64,000 nucleotides of DNA. Source: an uncultured Gammaproteobacteria bacterium (GTDB lineage: Bacteria > Patescibacteriota > Microgenomatia > UBA8517). Position numbers and translations under genes: made by a program. The stretch lies in NCBI GenBank assembly GCA_964600575.1, contig CAZRJH010000001.1, positions 223,683-287,682 of the forward strand. The letters are read 5' to 3'. The notes below the pieces were generated by a model. That model was not told the DNA's origin, ran no database searches, and saw nothing but the letters and a program-made list of their open reading frames with translations. Numbering within the stretch: position 1 is the stretch's first letter; each line of letters opens with the position of its first letter. This document shows, in pieces, positions 55,788 to 64,000 of the stretch.

Positions 55788-56636
55788 TTATCTAGCCACA
55801 AACAAATAATTATAAATCGGATTACCCCATATATATGTTGCCACAAGTCCGGCAATCAGAAAAGGCCCGAACGCAATTTTATCTTTAAGTTTAGAAGTTT
55901 TTAAAAGCACTAAAATAATACCAACAAAAGCTCCGGACAAAAAAGAAATAAAAAACCATATAAAAACCAGTTTGAATCCCAAAAACAATCCGCCCAAAAC
56001 TGCAAATTTGACATCGCCAAGTCCCATTCCCCGTCCGCGTGTAATCAGATTGATCAAAAGTAGAAAAAGCGCAGCAACAAAGCCCGCCAGCAATGCTTGA
56101 TATATACGAACATTATCTACAAGAATTAATTTTAAGAGGATGGCGGCAATTCCAGAAAAAACCAATGTGTCAGGAATTATTTGATGTTCCAGATCGATCA
56201 CAAATATCAAAATTAAAACAGATGCTAAAAAGAGCATAAATACAAGCGACAACGGATCGTTTACAAAGGTTGCCAAGAAATAAAAAACTAAACAAGTGGA
56301 AAGTTCTATCAAAAAATACCTGGGGGATATTGTTTTTTTACAACTTCTACATTTTCCTCCCAAAATCAAATAGGAAATCAAGGGTATATTGTCATACCAA
56401 TTAATTTGATGTTTGCAATTAGGGCAAAAACTTCTTCCTTTTACAACAGATATATCTCTAGGCAGCCTATACGAAAATGCTGCAAAAAAAGAACCAAACA
56501 TAAGTCCTAAGACAGATATGAATAATTGTAGAGGTTCCACTTTACTCCGGGATACAGACGTAGCAGAGGTTTGCTGTCCAGTTATCGCTTGCGGATGTGC
56601 ACGAGTTGGTTGTTGCCACTGTTCCGTTAGCAGCAA
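55788..56636 (-). CDS. pilD: Prepilin peptidase (A24 family) PilD
   Basis: SFCPNCKHQINWYDNIPLISYLILGGKCRSCKK zinc-finger loop plus polytopic TM with conserved Asp regions. The annotated 5' end overlaps the upstream pilin gene, so the true start is probably internal or non-ATG. Confidence 0.75.
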   Translation of the reverse strand: MLLTEQWQQPTRAHPQAITGQQTSATSVSRSKVEPLQLFISVLGLMFGSFFAAFSYRLPRDISVVKGRSFCPNCKHQINWYDNIPLISYLILGGKCRSCKKTISPRYFLIELSTCLVFYFLATFVNDPLSLVFMLFLASVLILIFVIDLEHQIIPDTLVFSGIAAILLKLILVDNVRIYQALLAGFVAALFLLLINLITRGRGMGLGDVKFAVLGGLFLGFKLVFIWFFISFLSGAFVGIILVLLKTSKLKDKIAFGPFLIAGLVATYIWGNPIYNYLFVAR

Positions 56637-57186
56637 ATCCTAAAGAGTGAACTTTTGTGGCGGTTATTGCTTTGTCGCGTGTTGATTTGGACAAAGGAAT
56701 GTAGCAGGCATATACGCTTGCGGAAGATCCGGAAGCTTTACCAACCTGGATTTGTTTGTCGGCGGTTGCTCCCGAAACCCAATCACGTCCCAAAAATTCT
56801 GTCTTGAGTTCGTCGTTAGTAATAAGTAGTCCGGCTGTGGCACAACTTGCTCCGCACAATCCTACAGCTTCGGTGCCGGCGGCCTGGAAACCAAAAGCAG
56901 CTTCGGAACTTGCGGTACAGCCTGCAGCTGCACAACCCTCCCATGGGAATTTGCTGTGAGATGCAAAATATCTTTCGATTGCCGAGATCATTTGTCCGCC
57001 GTCTGCATTAAACCTGGCGTCTCTGGCTCTATTTGCCTGTTCGATAGGATTAATAGCGGCGATAACTATCAAAGCGATTGCACCAAGAAGTCCAATAACG
57101 ATAAGAAGCTCTACTAATGTAAAACCTTGGGCAAGTGTTTTTCTCATACGATAATTAAGTATCAACTCTATAAAATATCTTGTCAA
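56542..57186 (-). CDS. Type IV pilin (PilA-like; first pilin after pilC)
   Basis: MRKTLAQGFTLVELLIVIGLLGAIALIVIAAINPIEQANRARDARFNAD; probable start at the internal MRKTLA. Confidence 0.65.
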   Translation of the reverse strand: MTRYFIELILNYRMRKTLAQGFTLVELLIVIGLLGAIALIVIAAINPIEQANRARDARFNADGGQMISAIERYFASHSKFPWEGCAAAGCTASSEAAFGFQAAGTEAVGLCGASCATAGLLITNDELKTEFLGRDWVSGATADKQIQVGKASGSSASVYACYIPLSKSTRDKAITATKVHSLGFAANGTVATTNSCTSASDNWTANLCYVCIPE

Positions 57187-57194
57187 GTAGTTAC

Positions 57195-58400
57195 TTAAAA
57201 CTGGCTTGTAAGATTGTATATCGGCAATATTACGGCAATAACCAAAAATCCTACACCCAACCCCAAAAGCACCATAACCAATGGCTCAATTGCCGCCGTT
57301 AACCCCTTCACTTTTTCATCCGATTCTACTTCGAATATATGGCTTATTTTTTGTAAGACTTCGTCCATTTTTCCCGTTTCCTCACCAACGGCAATCATCT
57401 GCGATAAAAGGAAAGGAAATGCCTCCGGATGCCTTGAGAAAGAAAACGCGATAGGGAACCCTTTTTCCACTTGTTTTGCTGCATCTTTTAACGCATCGGA
57501 GATCAAGCTGTTTGCAACAACTTCCGCTGTAATATTTAAAGCCTCTAAAATTGGAACACCGGATCCCACCATTAAAGACATTGTTCTTGTTAGCTCGGTC
57601 ATAATTACCTGGCGCTGAAGGTCGCCAAAAACCGGAATTTTAAAAATCCATTCGTCGGTTTGCCTACGACCCTGTGCAGTCTTCCTGTATAAACTAAACA
57701 TATAAACACCGATCCCAAATGCTCCCACAACCAAAAACCAGTAATTAACCATAAAAGAAGAAATCCCTATAAGAATCCTAGTGGGCAAGGGGAGTGTTGC
57801 CCCAAATTCCGAGTAAAGCGAGGTAAGTCTCGGGATAACAAAAATCATCATGATAAAGGAGACAATAACCATACCCACAACTATTATTGCAGGGTAAATC
57901 AAAGCACCTTTTACTTTTCCGTTGAATTCCTGCTGCTTTTCTAAAGTATCAGCCAAACGGGACAAAACTGTGTCCATGACTCCTCCAACCTCACCCGATT
58001 TAACTAAAGCAATATATGTTCTGGAGAAAATTTTATTATGTTTTTCCATAGAAGCAGAAAGTGATTCTCCCGCCTCCACATCTGCCAAAATCTGAGCGAC
58101 TATTGTTTGCATCGGACCCTTGGATTGCGACCTTAAAACCAAAAGAGCTTCGGTTATTGGAAGTCCGGCGTTAATCATGGTAGAAAGCTGTCTTGTAAAA
58201 GTTGCAACATCCTGGGTTGTAATTCTTTCTCTTAGTCTTTTAAAAATGGACAAGGGATTGTCCATTTTTGGTGAAATAGAAATTACATAGAACCCTTTAT
58301 TTCTTATAAGTTTTGCCGCTTCCGAAGTATTAGCCGCTTCAACCTCACCAGTTGTGAGTTTTCCGTTTTTATCTTTTGCTTTGTAGTTAAATCTATTCAT
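57195..58400 (-). CDS. pilC: Type IV pilus platform protein PilC (GspF family)
   Basis: Two GspF repeats, three TM segments, about 400 aa; lies between pilT and the pilin. Confidence 0.8.
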   Translation of the reverse strand: MNRFNYKAKDKNGKLTTGEVEAANTSEAAKLIRNKGFYVISISPKMDNPLSIFKRLRERITTQDVATFTRQLSTMINAGLPITEALLVLRSQSKGPMQTIVAQILADVEAGESLSASMEKHNKIFSRTYIALVKSGEVGGVMDTVLSRLADTLEKQQEFNGKVKGALIYPAIIVVGMVIVSFIMMIFVIPRLTSLYSEFGATLPLPTRILIGISSFMVNYWFLVVGAFGIGVYMFSLYRKTAQGRRQTDEWIFKIPVFGDLQRQVIMTELTRTMSLMVGSGVPILEALNITAEVVANSLISDALKDAAKQVEKGFPIAFSFSRHPEAFPFLLSQMIAVGEETGKMDEVLQKISHIFEVESDEKVKGLTAAIEPLVMVLLGLGVGFLVIAVILPIYNLTSQF

Positions 58401-58415
58401 ATAGTCATATTAAAT

Positions 58416-58439
58416 CAAAATGTCTGCTTGGACATTTTG
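58416..58439. promoter_or_regulatory. Perfect 9-bp inverted repeat (CAAAATGTC-N6-GACATTTTG) in the pilT-pilC intergenic region
   Basis: Seen directly; followed by a second small palindrome GATTGGCAATC. No U-tract on the transcribed (-) strand immediately after it. Confidence 0.4.
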
Positions 58440-58520
58440 ATTGGCAATCATAGAATTTCTATATATCAAATTCAAAACACAAAGTAATTAAACACATAAT
58501 TTTATTTTGAATTTGCTATA

Positions 58521-59597
58521 TCATATCTGGCGGACAAGTCTTGATAGCTCTTCGGGCCTAAGAGACCATGACTGGGCAACGTCCATTGATATGATTCCGC
58601 GTTTTACAAGATCGGCCAAAGATCTTTCGATTGTGCTCATACCGACCTCCTGCGAAGTCTCCAAGATACTTTCTATCTGATGAGTTTTGCCTTCACGGAT
58701 TGATGTTCTTATGGCGGTTGTTCCCAACATTACTTCGTGTGCAATTACACGCTTTCTGTCTATGGTCTGGATTAACCTTTGGGAAAACACTGCCTCTAAA
58801 ACATTGCTCAACTGAAGCCTTACTTGTCCCTGTTGTTCCTGTGGAAAAACATCAACAATTCTATCGATAGTTTGTGCGGCAGAGTTGGTATGAAGTGTCG
58901 CAAACACTAAATGTCCGGTTTCTGCAACGGTTAGCGCGGCCGCAATTGTTTCGTAGTCACGCATTTCGCCTACGAGTACAACATCGGGGTCTTCACGGAG
59001 AACCGACCTAAGTGCTATCTCCCAAGAGTGAGAATCGGTTCTCATTTCTCTTTGAGAAATTATCGACTTATTTGGCTTGAATACAAATTCAATCGGATCT
59101 TCTATGGTAACTATATGTGTCGCACGAGAAATGTTTATTTCGTCAATCATGGCGGCAAGTGTTGTGGATTTACCATGACCCGTAGGGCCCGTAACCAAAA
59201 CAAGTCCTTGTCGCAAATTAGTAAAAGAATGCAAGATGTTAGGCAGCCCAAGAGTATCAATGGGGGGAATAGTTAAAGGAATCTGTCTAAATGCGGCGGC
59301 TAAATTATTTTTTGCAGTGTAAGCATTTACTCTAAATCTGGCTTTATCCGAAAAAGCTATAGAAAAATCTATTTCTTTGTTTACATTCAATCTTTCCAAC
59401 TGCTCACTGGATAAACTTTGCTTTAAAAGATCCGATATAATTTCGGAGCTTAAAAGTCCCATATTCGTAAGGGGAGTAAGCTCTCCCTCTACTCTAAGGG
59501 TGGGGTACGTTCCGGCAATCAAATGCAAATCTGATGCCTTTGAATCTATAACCAACTGTAAGTATTGTTTGATATCCATTTTATTCTTGTGCAACAC
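58521..59597 (-). CDS. pilT: Twitching-motility/retraction ATPase PilT
   Basis: 358 aa; Walker A GPTGHGKSTT, Asp/His boxes, ASDLHL N-terminal motif. Confidence 0.8.
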   Translation of the reverse strand: MLHKNKMDIKQYLQLVIDSKASDLHLIAGTYPTLRVEGELTPLTNMGLLSSEIISDLLKQSLSSEQLERLNVNKEIDFSIAFSDKARFRVNAYTAKNNLAAAFRQIPLTIPPIDTLGLPNILHSFTNLRQGLVLVTGPTGHGKSTTLAAMIDEINISRATHIVTIEDPIEFVFKPNKSIISQREMRTDSHSWEIALRSVLREDPDVVLVGEMRDYETIAAALTVAETGHLVFATLHTNSAAQTIDRIVDVFPQEQQGQVRLQLSNVLEAVFSQRLIQTIDRKRVIAHEVMLGTTAIRTSIREGKTHQIESILETSQEVGMSTIERSLADLVKRGIISMDVAQSWSLRPEELSRLVRQI

Positions 59598-61302
59598 GAA
59601 GGATTTCCTCCACAGACGTAACTCCTTCTACAACTTTCATATAACCGTCTTGCTTTAATGTAATCATACCTTCTTCTTTAGCTGCCTTGTCAATATCGGA
59701 TGCCGATGCCCGTTCCAAAATAAGCTTACCAATTCTTTCGGTAACAGGTAACACCTCAAAAATACCGACACGTCCGTAGTAACCGGAATTGCCACAGTCG
59801 GCATCCCCTTTACCTTTGTAAAATTGAGGAGGCCCTTTGGGTTGCCAAAGAGTTCCAAGCTCTTGTTTTATTTCTGCCATTACAGTTTCATCAGCCGGGT
59901 AGGCCTCTTTACAGTCGTCGTGAATTTTACGGACAACTCTTTGGGCAACAATACAAGTCATGGAGGACGCCAAGAGGTAGGGTTCTGCTCCCATATCTAA
60001 AAGACGGGGGAGTGCTCCCGCCGCGTCGTTTGTGTGCAAAGTAGAAAACACCAAATGACCTGTTAGTGCGGCTTGAACAGCCAGATCGGCGGTTTCCCTG
60101 TCTCTTATCTCTCCTACCAAAATAACATTAGGGTCCTGACGCAAAAAAGATTTAAGTCCTTCGGCAAAAGTTAATCCAACCGCAGGGTTTATTTGCACCT
60201 GGTTTACTCCCGCCATTTTATATTCGACGGGGTCTTCCAAAGTAACAATATTTATCTTGGGAGTATTAAGGGCAGATATAACAGAATATAAAGTGGTGGT
60301 TTTACCCGAACCTGTGGGCCCGCAGATCAAAATAATTCCATGAGGCCTAAGAATAGAATCCTGTAAGTTTTTAAGACCCCTACCTCTTAAACCAAGATCG
60401 GAAAGAGTAGGTACTCCGCCTGACTTTTTAAGAAGACGCATAACAATCTTTTCTCCCCAAGTTGTAGGCAGGGAACTTATACGCAAATCGACTTCTTCTT
60501 CGCTACCCTTAAAGTTAAAGCGTCCGTCTTGGGGGATTCTCTTTTCGTCTATCTTCATTCCGCTAAGAATTTTTATTCTCGAAATCAAAGAGTCGTGTAG
60601 CGCTTTTGGAATAGTAAGCTTTTCCTGCAAAATTCCGTCTATACGATAACGTACACGGGTAGTTTTTTCCTGCGGTTCTATATGAACATCGGAAGCACGC
60701 GATTTAATAGCAAAGTCCAAAATCTGCGAAACTATCTCCGCTATTTTTTCCTCTCTTATAAATCCGCCTTTTCCCGCCTCTACCGACCTTTGATCTGGAA
60801 CAGTGCTTAGGGGGTTAACATCTTTTAGTGCCGCATTAACTTCGCGAGTAAGTGTTGTCGTATACCTGGTTCTGATAAAGTCGATAATTTTATCCTCTTC
60901 GGAAGCGTAAGGTTTAATACGATACCCCGTCTTTTGCTCTATAAACTCAATTGCAGAAAGATCCAGTGGATCCGCCATTGCAAGACCCAATACTTTTTCT
61001 TTTTTGTCCAAATCTACGGGAAAAACTTTAAAACGCTCTGCAACTTCGGACGCCAAGGCGGCGAGTGCATCTGGAACAACCGGGATGTTTGCCAGATCTA
61101 TATAGGCAATGTTATAAAGTTGGGCTTTTGCCTGAACAATCTTTGCGACACTAACCATATTTCCTCTTCTCAATATGTCTTCTTGAGTGTTTCCGCTTTG
61201 AACTTCGGCAAGTTTTACTTGTTCCGCACGGGCTTTATCAAGAGCCCCCAAACTAACAAGAACATCGGCAAGTGTTTGATTAGAATTATCAGAAGTAGGC
61301 AT
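59581..61302 (-). CDS. pilB: Type IV pilus assembly ATPase PilB (GspE family)
   Basis: 573 aa; N-terminal GSPII-like domain, Walker A GPTGSGKTTT, Walker B/His box, tetracysteine-like CxxC region. Confidence 0.8.
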   Translation of the reverse strand: MPTSDNSNQTLADVLVSLGALDKARAEQVKLAEVQSGNTQEDILRRGNMVSVAKIVQAKAQLYNIAYIDLANIPVVPDALAALASEVAERFKVFPVDLDKKEKVLGLAMADPLDLSAIEFIEQKTGYRIKPYASEEDKIIDFIRTRYTTTLTREVNAALKDVNPLSTVPDQRSVEAGKGGFIREEKIAEIVSQILDFAIKSRASDVHIEPQEKTTRVRYRIDGILQEKLTIPKALHDSLISRIKILSGMKIDEKRIPQDGRFNFKGSEEEVDLRISSLPTTWGEKIVMRLLKKSGGVPTLSDLGLRGRGLKNLQDSILRPHGIILICGPTGSGKTTTLYSVISALNTPKINIVTLEDPVEYKMAGVNQVQINPAVGLTFAEGLKSFLRQDPNVILVGEIRDRETADLAVQAALTGHLVFSTLHTNDAAGALPRLLDMGAEPYLLASSMTCIVAQRVVRKIHDDCKEAYPADETVMAEIKQELGTLWQPKGPPQFYKGKGDADCGNSGYYGRVGIFEVLPVTERIGKLILERASASDIDKAAKEEGMITLKQDGYMKVVEGVTSVEEILRVAQE

Positions 61303-61367
61303 TAAGAAACATTGTGCACGATTTAAAAACTAATATCAAGCCAAATTGGCGGATATGAGTTATTATA

Positions 61368-61991
61368 TTGGCTATGCATGCGTTTTTGCTGGTGGGGGAT
61401 AATATCGAACCGATTCTTAAAAAAATAAACGCAAAACCGGTTGAATTTCCTATACTTAAAATAGACGAAGTCCGCGCACTCAATAAAGAACTTAGCCTTT
61501 ATTACAACGAACCTACTGCAATAATTTGCAGGAATATCGATATTGCTCAGGAAGAAGCGGTAAATGCCTTTCTTAAAAATCTTGAAGAACCTCAAAAAAA
61601 TATTTATTTTATTTTGACAACTTCGGGAATAAGAAAAGTCTTACCCACAATTGTTTCCCGCTGCCAAATAGTTTGGGACAAAATACAAAAGTTAGACGAG
61701 AAACTATTAAAGACGGGTCAAAAATTTTTGGATAAATCGCCAGGTGATAAATTCAACTACATCGATAAAATCAAAGAACGCCAGGACGGGTTAGATCTCG
61801 CAGAGTCTTTAATACACATTCTTCATTCTCAAACACAGGAGTCGGGTATTAGCTACAAAAACGCAGCAATTTGCATGAAAGCTGCGCTTGACGCATTTGT
61901 AAATATCAAAGCCAACGGCAATACAAATTTACAACTTTCTAACTTATCTATAATTTTAAATTCGAACCCATTGAAAAGCTCGAAAAATTAA
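61368..61991 (+). CDS. holB: DNA polymerase III delta-prime-like clamp-loader subunit (short)
   Basis: HAFLLVGDN..., LEEP motif, SRCQ sensor motif; only 207 aa. Confidence 0.5.
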   Translation: MAMHAFLLVGDNIEPILKKINAKPVEFPILKIDEVRALNKELSLYYNEPTAIICRNIDIAQEEAVNAFLKNLEEPQKNIYFILTTSGIRKVLPTIVSRCQIVWDKIQKLDEKLLKTGQKFLDKSPGDKFNYIDKIKERQDGLDLAESLIHILHSQTQESGISYKNAAICMKAALDAFVNIKANGNTNLQLSNLSIILNSNPLKSSKN

Positions 61992-61996
61992 GATAG

Positions 61997-63958
<1,962 letters not shown>

Positions 63959-64000
63959 TACAAATTTCGAGCGAAGTACCCGCCAGGGTGCCAAATTGGC

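Noticed and set aside
61368-61991. Short holB as a pseudogene
   Set aside because: LEEP and SRCQ motifs are intact and the ORF is uninterrupted; compact CPR proteins are often short, so it is kept as a CDS with moderate confidence.

Overview
This 64 kb window has a low GC content (about 38-40%, judged by eye), standard-code TGA/TAA stops, densely packed small genes and a gene complement that together look like a Patescibacteria/CPR-type bacterium; that taxonomic call is inference. Three blocks are visible.

Block 1 (1-13.7 kb, mostly + strand) carries housekeeping genes: tyrS, recG, rpmF (L32), nusB, rnc, rpsP, a KH-domain protein, a GNAT acetyltransferase, an M20 peptidase and a histidine phosphatase. 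Two cis-regulatory leaders sit in this block. Both contain a canonical T-box antiterminator (helix A1, a 7-nt UGGNACA bulge, helix A2) that competes with an intrinsic terminator. They also share conserved internal motifs. The first leader precedes a cluster of unusual small-molecule genes (partial heme-dioxygenase TDO-like, SAM-MTase, extended TrpD/GT3-fold protein, PfkB kinase, HAD phosphatase, BtpA TIM-barrel); the second precedes a GNAT + M20 peptidase pair.

Block 2 (13.8-17 kb, - strand) is a pilus-biogenesis operon: PilX-like, pilM, pilN, pilO. No pilQ secretin is present.

Block 3 (17-49 kb) is a glycan/cell-surface biosynthesis island of about 32 kb. It encodes an initiating sugar-phosphate transferase, a NodU/CmcH carbamoyltransferase, an SGNH esterase and four class-I methyltransferases. 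It also has a Wzm/Wzt ABC-2 exporter, a PLP-dependent decarboxylase, an embedded nucleotide-salvage trio (CBS-less IMPDH/GMP-reductase, IU-nucleoside hydrolase, OPRT-like PRTase) and a membrane-fused spermidine-synthase-like protein. The rest of the island holds two HAD hydrolases, one GT2 and four GT4 glycosyltransferases, GT-C-like polytopic membrane proteins, two paralogous Wzy_C (O-antigen-ligase-like) proteins and secreted/lipoprotein surface proteins.

A second type IV pilus locus follows (51-61.3 kb, - strand): pilB, pilT, pilC, a PilA-like pilin, pilD and about 8 tandem pilin/pseudopilin paralogs. Several of these share an unusual extended leader with a duplicated GFTL motif. The window ends with relA/spoT (+ strand, upstream of the pilus locus), holB-like and gyrB. 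No rRNA, tRNA, CRISPR array or transposase was recognised.
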